DNA from: Nanobdellota archaeon
Lineage (GTDB): Archaea; Nanobdellota; Nanobdellia; Pacearchaeales; GW2011-AR1
NCBI GenBank assembly: GCA_030698805.1
Contig: JAUYMA010000003.1
Coordinates: 12,167-76,166 of the forward strand
DNA length: 64,000 nucleotides
Reading direction: 5' to 3'
Both the position numbers and the translations under genes were made by a program. The notes under the pieces were generated by a model that saw nothing but the letters and a program-made list of their open reading frames with translations, was not told where the DNA came from and did no database searches. Shown here piece after piece: positions 1 to 9,752 of this stretch; the stretch's first letter is position 1, and every line of letters starts with the position of its first letter.

Positions 1-58
1 TTTTATATGGGATAATGAAAGGCAAGACACATTCAACAGACTGGCATTTTTCATTAAT

Positions 59-586
59 GTGTTGTTCTTCCTAATAGTCTTGAGTTTTTTAACCTCTATC
101 TTTGGAATCTGGGATATAATTTCTAGCCAACTTGTAGGAGATTTGTACCAAACATATTTTGTAATTGGATTTGCAGCCCTACATGGCGACATATTATCGA
201 AGGCCTTACGTAAAGAAGATTATCTTGATATGATAGTTTACCTAAACTACTTATTCATGGCCATAGTAGTCTTGATGTTACTTCCTATAATTTATCTAAA
301 TAACGCCACCCAGATTTTAGGAGAATTTTACTTTAGAGTCTTGGCTGCAGCAGGAATAATTGATGGTACCTTAAGTATTTTAACAATTATATTCTATAAA
401 ATTTATGCTCATAAGCATCCTAAAGCAGAGAATCTTCTTCAAGGAGGCTGGACTCCCGGACAACCGGTTCAAAAATCTGAGAAAAAGAAAGGACTCAGCA
501 TATGGGTTTGGATTTTGATAATATATTTAGCTGCTCAGATAGCTTTGCCTATTATTTTCCTTATTTTCAGTAAGGCCTTTTATTAG
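59..586 (+). CDS. hypothetical multi-pass membrane protein
   Basis: 175-codon ORF (GTG start) with several hydrophobic helices (LFFLIVLSFLTSIFGIW, FMAIVVLMLLPIIYL, IWVWILIIYLAAQIALPIIFLIF). No family motif recognised. Confidence 0.45.
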   Translation: MLFFLIVLSFLTSIFGIWDIISSQLVGDLYQTYFVIGFAALHGDILSKALRKEDYLDMIVYLNYLFMAIVVLMLLPIIYLNNATQILGEFYFRVLAAAGIIDGTLSILTIIFYKIYAHKHPKAENLLQGGWTPGQPVQKSEKKKGLSIWVWILIIYLAAQIALPIIFLIFSKAFY

Positions 587-591
587 ACTTG

Positions 592-1221
592 CTAAATTAA
601 TTTTTTCTTAAGAATCATAAAGATTGTTCTCTTTCTGGGATTATCCCTATTCTCTATTATTAATTGAGATTCAAAACCTGCTTTATCAAATATTTTTCTA
701 ATTTCATTTAACTCTTCTTCACTCTTGGGGTAAAATTGTATTGCAGCTTTGCCTTTGGATTTTAGTATATAATAGATTCCTTCTGCAACTGTTTTAATGT
801 CTTCCTTTTCCTTTACCCACTGCAATGCTGAGGCAGATACTACTGCGTCGAACTTCTTTGCTTTAAATAATGTCTTTAAATCTTTCATATCTCCCTGCAC
901 AACTTTGAATCCTTTCTCTTTTGCGCGTTCCAGCATTTTAGGGAGAATATCTATACCCTCTACTTTCAGACCCTCTGCATCGTAAACCTCCAACGTATGG
1001 CCGGGTCCACAGCCTATATCCAAGATTTTATTCCCTTCTTCTAGGGGAAGATAACTAATGATTGAATAAGCGATTCTTTGCTGGGCCTTTTTCATTCCCC
1101 CTGATCTGCAATACATTGCTATCTCCTCATCAGTATAATATTCACTCGGATGCGTATAGATTTCCTCAGGCCTATCTGATTTTATCTCCCATCCTGATTT
1201 TTTATGGTTTTTCCATCTCAT
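592..1221 (-). CDS. class I SAM-dependent methyltransferase (possibly Bud23/WBSCR22-like)
   Basis: Motif I ILDIGCGPGHT, then EGIDI and FDAVVSASALQW. The N-terminal YY-x-EE and QQR region resembles Bud23-type rRNA methyltransferases; that subfamily call is a guess from memory. Confidence 0.7.
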   Translation of the reverse strand: MRWKNHKKSGWEIKSDRPEEIYTHPSEYYTDEEIAMYCRSGGMKKAQQRIAYSIISYLPLEEGNKILDIGCGPGHTLEVYDAEGLKVEGIDILPKMLERAKEKGFKVVQGDMKDLKTLFKAKKFDAVVSASALQWVKEKEDIKTVAEGIYYILKSKGKAAIQFYPKSEEELNEIRKIFDKAGFESQLIIENRDNPRKRTIFMILKKKLI

Positions 1222-1291
1222 CTCAATAATAAGAAAATAGGGATATTAAACCTTTCACAATATTTAATAAGAACAATGCTTTTGCTATATT

Positions 1292-2005
1292 ATGTCTGGA
1301 GATATAAAGCTTCAGAGGTTCAAATATAACTTTGGGCCTTTGGTAGAGGTGATTAAAGGAGGAGGAAGCGGCCTCTCAAATGTTCAATCCAGAGAAGTTA
1401 TTGATACTGTCCTTACTGGATTAAGAAGAAAAGGAATTGTTCCCGCCATCGGTGTTTTCCAACCATTCTATTATTCAAATGATGACGGAGAGTTGAGGGA
1501 AGCGATAGCTACGACATCGCAAAGAATAATCGAAAGAGCATATAGCTCTCAAGAGAGCATCTCTCCTTTTCTTACTGCGCTTATTTATGAGTCGACTGGA
1601 GACATAACTGAAATGAAACAGGCTTTGCCCCATAGTCCTATAGAAAGAATTACTTTTTACCCAGCTAATAGCATTCCTAAATTTGAGGCAAAGGCAAAAT
1701 TTAACTTAAATCAAGAATCCCTATCCAGAGCAATTTATGGATGTTCGATGGGAGAGCATACATCACATTTGCAACAGCAAGCCAATGTTATGCGGGCTTC
1801 TGGAACAATGTACGGGTTAACACTTCCGGAGTTTATTACTTTAGAAGTTATCGGGCCCAAATCTAGATTATTTGACTGTGGTGAAAATAGATTATTGGAA
1901 CAAAAAACTGATTTGGGATTACTTTTCTTGCTCTTATCAGGAGCTCAAACAAATCTTGAAGATTGTCAAGCCTCTCTTTCTAGGGAAACTGAAACCGCTG
2001 TTTAA
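1292..2005 (+). CDS. hypothetical protein
   Basis: 237-codon ORF with no competing ORF; no motif recognised. Confidence 0.4.
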   Translation: MSGDIKLQRFKYNFGPLVEVIKGGGSGLSNVQSREVIDTVLTGLRRKGIVPAIGVFQPFYYSNDDGELREAIATTSQRIIERAYSSQESISPFLTALIYESTGDITEMKQALPHSPIERITFYPANSIPKFEAKAKFNLNQESLSRAIYGCSMGEHTSHLQQQANVMRASGTMYGLTLPEFITLEVIGPKSRLFDCGENRLLEQKTDLGLLFLLLSGAQTNLEDCQASLSRETETAV

Positions 2006-2096
2006 TATACCCAATACTAATATTTCTCAAATCTTTTTGATACTGGGGGCTGGGAATACGTAAATTTAAAAGCTTCTAAAAGTAATTTTTATTAGG

Positions 2097-2957
2097 GTGA
2101 TTCGGCCCTCAGCGAATTCTGAGCAAAATAACATGGTCAAATATCATTTTGTTCAACAAGAATTAAAAGACGATCCTGAAAGACTGTTGCCGGAAGATAG
2201 AATTACTGTTGAATATGGCAAATTTGAATACGATCCTTTTTTTGGCATATTTGCAAAATCAGAACATTTCAGAGGCAATAAAAGAAATATGATTGTAGGA
2301 AATTGCGAGGGAAGCCTTATGGTTATTGATACGGGCAGAGATGTTTCAACTAATCCTATCAATAAGTTACATATCGGAGAGCTTGAGATTAGAAGGCCCC
2401 ATGCAGAATCATATGAAAATAAAGGGGCTGGCGGAGTTAGAATTGACCTAGCTTGGTTTGATACTCATTATGCCAAAAAAATGTTAGAAGAATTAAAATT
2501 ATGGAGAGAGGATAGTTACCGGCAAGGATTATTGGAAGTGTATAATGCGCGAAGAAAACCTGATGGGGAATTTAAGTGGTACTGCATACCTTTCAGAATT
2601 GAACAACTCAAAATATCTCCTGAAGGATTAGAAGAGAAGATAGATGAGTTAAAGTCCAGGATAGACTGGCTAAGACAACCTCAACAAAGAGAAACCCGAA
2701 GGCTGGTCTATGAAAATTGCCATGTTATTGAAGATAAATCTCGCCAAATGGTTATTCTAATGAATAGTACTGTTAAGGGATATACCCATTTAAAGAAAAG
2801 AAAATTGCCTAAAGTAATAGTGAGCCCTGATGTTTTTGGCATTGCAAGCGAAGTCCAAAGTCGTTTAGTGAAGGTATTGGATCATATTTGTCCCAATATT
2901 AATGTCGAAGAAGCCAGAAATTATTGGCAAGAAGTAGCTGCATGGGGAAAAATTTAA
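2097..2957 (+). CDS. hypothetical protein
   Basis: 286-codon ORF with a GTG start in the track; an ATG at 2133 (MVKYHF...) is a plausible alternative start. No motif recognised. Confidence 0.4.
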   Translation: MIRPSANSEQNNMVKYHFVQQELKDDPERLLPEDRITVEYGKFEYDPFFGIFAKSEHFRGNKRNMIVGNCEGSLMVIDTGRDVSTNPINKLHIGELEIRRPHAESYENKGAGGVRIDLAWFDTHYAKKMLEELKLWREDSYRQGLLEVYNARRKPDGEFKWYCIPFRIEQLKISPEGLEEKIDELKSRIDWLRQPQQRETRRLVYENCHVIEDKSRQMVILMNSTVKGYTHLKKRKLPKVIVSPDVFGIASEVQSRLVKVLDHICPNINVEEARNYWQEVAAWGKI

Positions 2958-2958
2958 A

Positions 2959-3450
2959 ATGAAATATAATTTTAATAAATATCATAGAGGTTTTATGGAA
3001 CATGTTAAAATACATCTGCCAGGCAGCCATACATCCGGATCTATCTTCACTCATCCTAAATTTAGGACTGCTAGGAATGTTGCCGACTATGCTTACGATC
3101 AAATAAGTGGCATTTACAAAGGCCAGAGATTAGTTTTAACTGTGGATTTTGGAGAGATGGTGGGATTAGAGGGAGTTATAGCTATAAAAGAGATCCCAAA
3201 ACACATCCCTGTAAAAAGAGTAGGCAGAGAGAGAAAATCTTATGGCAAACGGCCACATAGCTATACTGTTCCTGTTGCGTACGGAATCAAAAGAACCCCC
3301 ACTAATAAGATAACCATTATAGCTGAGCCTGTAGTGGATAATGGTAACCTACACGCCTTTTCCTCTATCTTCCCGGGAAATTATGCCCCTGACTTTAGCG
3401 ATGTAAAGTTTTGGAATCAGCATGCTTTGATATCTGAAAGAAGATCATAA
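2959..3450 (+). CDS. hypothetical protein
   Basis: 163-codon ORF starting 1 nt after the previous stop, so probably co-transcribed. No motif recognised. Confidence 0.4.
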   Translation: MKYNFNKYHRGFMEHVKIHLPGSHTSGSIFTHPKFRTARNVADYAYDQISGIYKGQRLVLTVDFGEMVGLEGVIAIKEIPKHIPVKRVGRERKSYGKRPHSYTVPVAYGIKRTPTNKITIIAEPVVDNGNLHAFSSIFPGNYAPDFSDVKFWNQHALISERRS

Positions 3451-4821
3451 TTTAACAAAAGTGTGTTGATGCAACATATTCCCAAAATCTTTTCCAGTCT
3501 TGTCGCATAATTGCTTAATAAAAGTTTTAGCCAGTTGATTTATGTTAGAAAAGACTTTCTCTCCTGCCAATTGGAGGCCATGGGCGATTATTGACATATC
3601 TCTTGCTCTGATAACGCCAAACATTTTTTTTAAGTCTCCTACTGAATAGCCTTCAATTAAATAATCCTGAAGCAGAAACAGCAAAATGTAGCCATCTTTC
3701 AATCCTATTTCCGCGGGCAATTCTTTTTCAAACCCATAAATTTCCTTGACCAGTGCTTTGTAAGCGAGCTCATATTTTTTTATCTCTGGACTTGAGGTAA
3801 CGATGCCATACGCTGCCAACCTATATTGGGAGATAAGCTCTAAAACCCTATAAAGTCTGCTGATAGAGTCTTCAAAAAGTCCGACTTCCGCTTTCCTTAG
3901 GGCATTCGAATAAAGATCGATGATGACATGCAAATTGAATTGTTCAGAATTCTTACTTTCTGTATCATTCTGAGAGATTAATATTTGCAAAGCTTGAATG
4001 TTTGCTATAAGATGAGGATTTACTTTCATCCGATATTGGCCTAGCTTATCTCTTGCCGATTCCAATTTTATCAGTGCAGCTTTAAAATTAAATGAATTCC
4101 AATGCAAATATGACTCTGCCAATAATTCCTCAATTTCTACATTTCTTGGATCATCAATTTTTTGATGTATTCTTTTGTAGAGAGAAAGCGCAGCCCCGTG
4201 ATTGTTATGATTGAAAAAATCTCTGGCTTCCTTTAGCTCCAAATCCCCAAAAACGTCAAATGGATTTTTTACCATGACTAATCTTTCTGTTCCAGGCATG
4301 CCTCTTTTGATATCATCTAACCATTCCTCATCAATATAAACTAGATCAAAACCGAAGAATGCGCCAACTATTCCTGCACCAACTGACATTATTCTCTTAC
4401 CTCTTGTAAGATCCATCAACACCTTCTTATCAATAAATGAGCTTAGATGGGATCTGATTTTCTGATAAACATCTGCTATTTCTAGCCCTTCATAACTTAC
4501 TGTATCGATGATATACTGGGAAGGTTTAAGTCCTGTTTTCTCGACTATGAAGTTAAGGAAATTCTCCTTAAATTCCTTGGTCCCTATAAAATAGACATTT
4601 TTCGGCTTAATTGCGTTTATTAAAAGAATGTAATAAGAAGATTCTAAACCACATGGCAAAACTAGCCATTCATATTGTTCTTTAGACTTACTAATTTTTA
4701 TAAAATTGTCCTCAACTAATGGAAAAATAGACTTCCAATACATTTCTTCTGCTTTCTCTATACTGGCTTTTTTAACCAAATCTAACCATTCTTCTCTTAA
4801 CTTTTCAAGGGGCTCAGCCAT
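3445..4821 (-). CDS. CARF-HEPN protein (Csx1/Csm6/Cas02710-like), orphan
   Basis: The N-terminal Rossmann-like part has a CARF-type motif DLTRGKRIMSVGAG (compare D-x-T-x-G-x-K/R). The C-terminal helical part has a HEPN R-x(4-6)-H motif in IRARDMSIIAHG (compare RN-x-S-x-x-AHG). Motifs are recalled from memory, not searched. Confidence 0.55.
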   Translation of the reverse strand: MAEPLEKLREEWLDLVKKASIEKAEEMYWKSIFPLVEDNFIKISKSKEQYEWLVLPCGLESSYYILLINAIKPKNVYFIGTKEFKENFLNFIVEKTGLKPSQYIIDTVSYEGLEIADVYQKIRSHLSSFIDKKVLMDLTRGKRIMSVGAGIVGAFFGFDLVYIDEEWLDDIKRGMPGTERLVMVKNPFDVFGDLELKEARDFFNHNNHGAALSLYKRIHQKIDDPRNVEIEELLAESYLHWNSFNFKAALIKLESARDKLGQYRMKVNPHLIANIQALQILISQNDTESKNSEQFNLHVIIDLYSNALRKAEVGLFEDSISRLYRVLELISQYRLAAYGIVTSSPEIKKYELAYKALVKEIYGFEKELPAEIGLKDGYILLFLLQDYLIEGYSVGDLKKMFGVIRARDMSIIAHGLQLAGEKVFSNINQLAKTFIKQLCDKTGKDFGNMLHQHTFVKL

Positions 4822-4927
4822 ACTTTTGTCAAAATTAGCTATCTTAAATAAATTTGCTTTTGGGCAAATCTTTAAAAAGCTATTTTTACATCAAAACTTA
4901 TTCTCACTTCGTGAGAAAAATAGACAA

Positions 4928-7117
4928 ATGGTAGAAAAAGAATCAAGCTTCGAAAAAATTAAGAGACTGATTACTAATCAGCAGAATATCAGAAACGTAG
5001 CTACATCTGCGCACATTCACCACGGAAAAACTGCCTTTACTGATAACTTGTTAGCTGCGGCTGGAATGATGGCTTCAAAGAATGCAGGTAGCCTTGAAGA
5101 AGGAATGACCACCTGGCAACATGCAGATGAACAAGAGAGATTAATGACTGTTGACGCTGCAAACGTGAGCATGGCCCATGAATATTTAGGGAAAGAATAT
5201 TTGATCAACCTTATTGATACTCCTGGACACGTTGACTTTGGAGGAAACGTCACCAGAGCAATGAGGGCCATTGACGGCACTTTCGTTCTTATTTGCGCAG
5301 TTGAAGGCATAATGCCTCAGACAGAAACTGTTCTAAAGCAGGCATTAAGGGAAAGAGTAAAGCCTGTTTTATTCATAAATAAAGTTGATAGGCTCATAAA
5401 GGAATTAAAAGTTACTCCAGAACAAATGCAAGAAAGGTTTATGAAACTTATAGCTGCTTTCAATAACCTTATCATGCAGATTGCTGAGCCTGAATATAAA
5501 GAGAAATGGAAAGTCAATGTTCAAGATGGAAGCGTTGCCTTTGGCTCTGCAAGAGAGAACTGGGCAGTATCTGTACCTTTCATGCAAAAGAGAGGAGTAA
5601 GCTTCAAAGATATTTACAAGATTTATGAGTTAGAAGGAGAGGAAAGAAAGAAATGGGTTTGGGAGAAAGCTCCCTTGCATGAAGTTATTCTAGATATGGC
5701 TGTAAAGCACCTTCCTAATCCGTTAGATGCTCAAAAATATAGAATCCCAAAAATCTGGAAAGGCGACATTGACAGCAAGTTTGGCCAAGATTTAATTAAT
5801 TGCAATAAAGATGGAGAAGTCGCTTTCGTAATCACTAATATTGTCATAGAACCGAGATCTGGGAAGGAGATTGCTGCGGGGAGACTTTATTCTGGAACAA
5901 TTGTTAATGGAATGGAAGCTTATGCCAATAACGCCAAGAAAAAAGCCAGAGTTCAACAAGTTCTTGTATATAATGGAATTAAGCCTGAACAGATGGAGTC
6001 GGTTCCTTCAGGAAATGTTCTGGCAATAACAGGATTAAACGCAGATGTGGGAGACACTATCACCTTTGCGCCTCAAACACCCTTTGAAGAAATAAAACAC
6101 ATATTCCAGCCAGTTATTACAAAGTCCATAGAAGTAACCAAGTCTGCTGACTTGCCTAAATTAATTGAAGTTCTAAGAAAAGTTGGAAAAGAAGATCCTA
6201 GCATTAAGATTGAGATTAATGAAGAGACTGGAGAGAACTTACTTTCTGGTATGGGGGAACTGCACTTAGAAATAATTGAAGGCAGAATCAAGAATGAGAA
6301 AGGCCTAGAAGTTAAGACTGGGGCCCCAATTGTAGTTTATAGAGAGGCATTAACTAAGGATTCTGGAAAGACTGAGGTACGAACTCCTAACGGCCACAAC
6401 ATCTTATGGGTAAGTGTAGAACCGTTAGAAGATGAGGTCTACAATGCAATAGAAAGGGGAGAAATACCTGAGATCAGATTAAAGAAAAAACCTGAAGAAG
6501 TTTGGAAGAGACTATCTGAACTTGGAATCTCAAATGAAGAATCCAGGCAATATCGAGAGATTTACAAAGGCAATGTTTTTGAGGACAGAACAAGAGGAGT
6601 TGTATTAATCGGGGAGATTATAGACTCAATTATGGATGGATGGAAACTTGTTGTGGATGGTGGGCCTTTAGCAAAAGAGCCTTTGATGAAGACTAAATTT
6701 GTATTGCACGATATTAAGATTCACGTAGATAATGTTCACAGAGGGCCTGCACAGATATATCCTGCTGTAAGACTGGGCATACATGAATGTCTAAAGAAAG
6801 GAGGGGCGGCTATATTGGAGCCAGTTCAGACTCATCTAATTGAAGCCCCTATAGATTTCATGGGTGCAGTGACTCAGTTAATTGGAAGCAAGAGGGGTGT
6901 ATTAATTGATGTACAACAAGAAGGCATAGATACTCACATTAAAGCGAAAATTCCGGTGGCTGAAATGATTGGATGGAGCAATGACTTGAGAAGTTCCACT
7001 GAAGGAAGAGGCATTAGCAGCCTTATGGACCAAAACTTCCAGAAACTTCCTGCAGAATTACAAAGTGAAGTAATTAGAAAGATTAGGCAAAGAAAGGGCT
7101 TAGCTGAGAACCAATAA
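4928..7117 (+). CDS. fusA: translation elongation factor 2 (aEF-2)
   Basis: GTPase motifs AHIHHGKT, DTPGH and NKVD, plus the diphthamide-site motif VHRGPAQ. Start moved to ATG 4928 (MVEKESSFEKIK...). The 74 upstream codons of the track ORF overlap the divergent CARF gene and have no EF-2 counterpart. 729 aa. Confidence 0.95.
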   Translation: MVEKESSFEKIKRLITNQQNIRNVATSAHIHHGKTAFTDNLLAAAGMMASKNAGSLEEGMTTWQHADEQERLMTVDAANVSMAHEYLGKEYLINLIDTPGHVDFGGNVTRAMRAIDGTFVLICAVEGIMPQTETVLKQALRERVKPVLFINKVDRLIKELKVTPEQMQERFMKLIAAFNNLIMQIAEPEYKEKWKVNVQDGSVAFGSARENWAVSVPFMQKRGVSFKDIYKIYELEGEERKKWVWEKAPLHEVILDMAVKHLPNPLDAQKYRIPKIWKGDIDSKFGQDLINCNKDGEVAFVITNIVIEPRSGKEIAAGRLYSGTIVNGMEAYANNAKKKARVQQVLVYNGIKPEQMESVPSGNVLAITGLNADVGDTITFAPQTPFEEIKHIFQPVITKSIEVTKSADLPKLIEVLRKVGKEDPSIKIEINEETGENLLSGMGELHLEIIEGRIKNEKGLEVKTGAPIVVYREALTKDSGKTEVRTPNGHNILWVSVEPLEDEVYNAIERGEIPEIRLKKKPEEVWKRLSELGISNEESRQYREIYKGNVFEDRTRGVVLIGEIIDSIMDGWKLVVDGGPLAKEPLMKTKFVLHDIKIHVDNVHRGPAQIYPAVRLGIHECLKKGGAAILEPVQTHLIEAPIDFMGAVTQLIGSKRGVLIDVQQEGIDTHIKAKIPVAEMIGWSNDLRSSTEGRGISSLMDQNFQKLPAELQSEVIRKIRQRKGLAENQ

Positions 7118-7145
7118 ATTCTTATTTTGTGAACATTCAAAGACC

Positions 7146-7760
7146 ATGTCTGATAAACCATTTAACCTTTTAATTGTATGTCGTGGAAACGTCAATCGCA
7201 GTCCTGCTTTGGAAGCTTTATTTGCGAGAGAAGCAAGGAAATATCTTGATTTAAAAGTCTCCTCTGCCGGATTAAATCCTTCGGATTATCCCAGGGGAAT
7301 GTCTGATGAGATGTATGACATTCTAGTGGGAAGAGGCTTCTATTATGAAGCTAGAAAAATATGGGAAAGGCCCGGCCCAACGATATTGCAGCCTGAAATG
7401 ATCGAACAAAACGATTTGATATTGTGCTCTGACCCCGATCATGTTTTGAGAATAAGACAATCATTCGTTGAAGAAGCCTTTAAAGGAAAAATTCATACTC
7501 TGCCTGAATATGCGGGATTTGCCGGAGAAACTATTCCAGATCCTTCAAAGAAGTTAAAGAATATTTCCTATGCTGCGCGCCTGGGCATCTGGGCCGTAAA
7601 TAAATTTGATCCTGAAAAAGCGCACCAGCTTAAGATAAAAAAGACTTCCAATTTCAAAAGGGTTAATAGAATCTATCAAGAAAATGTTGACCAGATGATG
7701 AGATATATTCCTGGCGCCTTGGAAAGACTGGAAAGAGAAGATAAAATACATCGATTTTAA
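7146..7760 (+). CDS. low-molecular-weight protein-tyrosine phosphatase / ArsC-like
   Basis: Active-site loop C-x5-R-S in LLIVCRGNVNRSPA, with a downstream DP (IPDPS) as general-acid candidate. About 50 aa of C-terminal extension. Confidence 0.8.
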   Translation: MSDKPFNLLIVCRGNVNRSPALEALFAREARKYLDLKVSSAGLNPSDYPRGMSDEMYDILVGRGFYYEARKIWERPGPTILQPEMIEQNDLILCSDPDHVLRIRQSFVEEAFKGKIHTLPEYAGFAGETIPDPSKKLKNISYAARLGIWAVNKFDPEKAHQLKIKKTSNFKRVNRIYQENVDQMMRYIPGALERLEREDKIHRF

Positions 7761-7761
7761 T

Positions 7762-8400
7762 TTACTTTTTGCCTTTTCTTTTATGCCTGATATATTCCCA
7801 GATTATTGGAATGAATGATAAGATGACTATAAGATAGATCGCCATTGTAAGATTCTCAGCTACCAACTTAATATTTCCAAAGAAATATCCTGCTAACAGG
7901 AAAAGCGCAATCCAAGATACGCCCCCGATAATATTGTAAGTTAAAAATCTAGGATAATTCATCTTGCCGATTCCGGCGACAAATGGGGCAAATGTCCTTA
8001 TTATGGGAACAAACCTTGCCAAGATAATGGTCTTGCCCCCATGCTTCTTATAAAACTCCTGAGTCCTTTCTAGATGCTCTTTCTTAAAGAATCGTGATTT
8101 TGCAAATACTTTCTCTCCAAAGTAACTGCCTATCCAATAATTTACGCTGTCTCCCAATATTGCTGCGATAGTGAGAAGAAAGAAAAGAAGAATGAGGTTG
8201 AATGTTCCCTGGGCTGAAAAAGCTCCCAGAACAAATAGCAATGAATCTCCTGGTAAGAAGGGAGTTATTACCAATCCAGTCTCTAAGAAGATGATGAAGA
8301 AAAGAACGACGTATGTAAAGGCACCATAATCTTGCGCAATCGATCCAATATACCTATCTATATGCAATACAAAGTCAATGAGAAAAGATATCACGCTCAT
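7762..8400 (-). CDS. DedA-family membrane protein
   Basis: Polytopic membrane protein with the DedA hallmark region LVITPFLPGDSLLF and ...ILARFVPIIRTFAPFVAG. Confidence 0.8.
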   Translation of the reverse strand: MSVISFLIDFVLHIDRYIGSIAQDYGAFTYVVLFFIIFLETGLVITPFLPGDSLLFVLGAFSAQGTFNLILLFFLLTIAAILGDSVNYWIGSYFGEKVFAKSRFFKKEHLERTQEFYKKHGGKTIILARFVPIIRTFAPFVAGIGKMNYPRFLTYNIIGGVSWIALFLLAGYFFGNIKLVAENLTMAIYLIVILSFIPIIWEYIRHKRKGKK

Positions 8401-8475
8401 TTTATTTTATATTCTAAGAGGTTTATAAATTTAGCCTGGGGAAAGGATTTTAACTTCCCAGATCTCATAAATTAC

Positions 8476-8973
8476 ATGAGCAAACCTTATTACATCATCA
8501 TGCGGGGGCCTTTGGGTTCTGGAAAATCCACTATTTCTGGACAGCTAGCTAGAGAAATAAATGCGACCCATATTTCTATAGATAGAATACTTGATGAATT
8601 TGGACTTACTAAAGACAAAGAGGCCGGATATATTTCTCAGAAGAGCTTTCTCAAAGCCAATCAAATTGCAGTTGAAAGAATCTTGCCCATGCTAAAAGAA
8701 GGCAAGATAATTATTTTTGATGGAAACTTTTACTGGAAATCTCAATTAGAGGATTTGTTGAATAAACTTAAGTTTAAACATTTTGTATTTACTTTAAAAA
8801 TTTCCTTAGAAGAATGCATTAAAAGAGATAGTGGGAGAAACCCTCCTCATGGAGAAGGTGCTGCGCGAGCAGTCTATAAAAAGACTACTGAATTTAGCCA
8901 TGGAATTGAGATCGATGCAACAAAACCTTTGAAGGAAATTGTCAAAGAAATTATTACTTATCTGCCGAAATGA
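8476..8973 (+). CDS. P-loop NTPase / small-molecule kinase-like protein
   Basis: Walker A GPLGSGKST right after ATG 8476 (MSKPYYIIMRGPLGSGKST). The upstream part of the track ORF overlaps the DedA gene and was trimmed. Confidence 0.6.
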   Translation: MSKPYYIIMRGPLGSGKSTISGQLAREINATHISIDRILDEFGLTKDKEAGYISQKSFLKANQIAVERILPMLKEGKIIIFDGNFYWKSQLEDLLNKLKFKHFVFTLKISLEECIKRDSGRNPPHGEGAARAVYKKTTEFSHGIEIDATKPLKEIVKEIITYLPK

Positions 8974-9503
8974 TATCCTATGAATCTAGACTAAATAGGC
9001 TCAGAGATAGACCTGAATTAGCGACTAGGTTATTTAGAGGGCAATATTGGGAGGAGAGGGCAAATTGTTTCGGCACAGTAGCTTGGTTATTAGATATAGA
9101 AAAACAGGTAGAAAAGTTTTGGAGACAAGCTTGTCAAGAAAAAAGAGCTATTGAAACTAATGGAGATGGAAATTATATCTCATTTCCTGAAGCATTTAGA
9201 CCAGGTTACATCGGCCATAGGCCTATGGAAATCTTTATTCAAACTAGCCCCATAATTAAGCCAATTGTTTCTCTTGAGGCAGGAAGTATTTTTACTTTAC
9301 AATATTCTCAAGAAAATAATGAACTTTGTGGATTTGTCTTAAGGCATGCAGGCTTAATTCTTCCGAGTGGGAGAGTATTTGAAAAAGAAGGAATAGATAA
9401 AGAAGATATAATTCGTGAGGATAGAACTGCTGAAGAGATAGTAAAAGGTTTATCTGATTCTGTAAAGGATGTAGAGGTAAAATATTACCAAGTCCAGAAA
9501 TAG
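8970..9503 (+). CDS. hypothetical protein (possible papain-like Cys/His hydrolase)
   Basis: ATGA overlap with the upstream P-loop gene. Candidate Cys (ANCFGTVAW) and His (LRHAGLIL) are arranged as in NlpC/P60-like folds; weak. Confidence 0.35.
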   Translation: MISYESRLNRLRDRPELATRLFRGQYWEERANCFGTVAWLLDIEKQVEKFWRQACQEKRAIETNGDGNYISFPEAFRPGYIGHRPMEIFIQTSPIIKPIVSLEAGSIFTLQYSQENNELCGFVLRHAGLILPSGRVFEKEGIDKEDIIREDRTAEEIVKGLSDSVKDVEVKYYQVQK

Positions 9504-9504
9504 A

Positions 9505-9750
9505 TTATTTGTATACCCTTCCCCTTTTATCAAATACCCTAACCCAAATTATCATCTGCTCGGAATCTATGTCTACCAATGCACGAAAATCTCCTATTCT
9601 AATTTTGTAATAATCTCCCTCGAAATGTTCTAGGAATCTGAAAGGGTCCAGGACTATTTCTTCAAATTTATCTTTTATTCTCTCTTTAATATCTCTTTGA
9701 AGCTTCCGAATAAACTTAGTCGCTTGAGGAGAGAAATGAACCTTGTACAT
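9505..9750 (-). CDS. RelE/ParE-family type II toxin
   Basis: 81 aa. The pattern ...FIRKL...IKERI...L...P...KIRIGDFRALVDID...IIWVRVFDKRGRVYK is typical of RelE/ParE mRNA interferases. Confidence 0.8.
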   Translation of the reverse strand: MYKVHFSPQATKFIRKLQRDIKERIKDKFEEIVLDPFRFLEHFEGDYYKIRIGDFRALVDIDSEQMIIWVRVFDKRGRVYK

Positions 9751-9752
9751 CT

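Noticed and set aside
4706-4927. The 74-codon N-terminal extension of the EF-2 ORF given in the ORF track
   Set aside because: It overlaps the 5' end of the divergent CARF-HEPN gene and has low-complexity, non-EF-2 sequence. The conserved EF-2 N-terminus begins at ATG 4928.
5017-5587. Antisense ORFs inside EF-2. The same class occurs elsewhere, for example 797-985, 6073-6291, 11257-11445, 16146-16703, 23097-23812, 53779-54474 and 57784-58104.
   Set aside because: They lie fully inside strongly supported genes on the opposite strand. Their Ser/Leu/Phe-rich composition is typical of shadow frames in AT-rich DNA.
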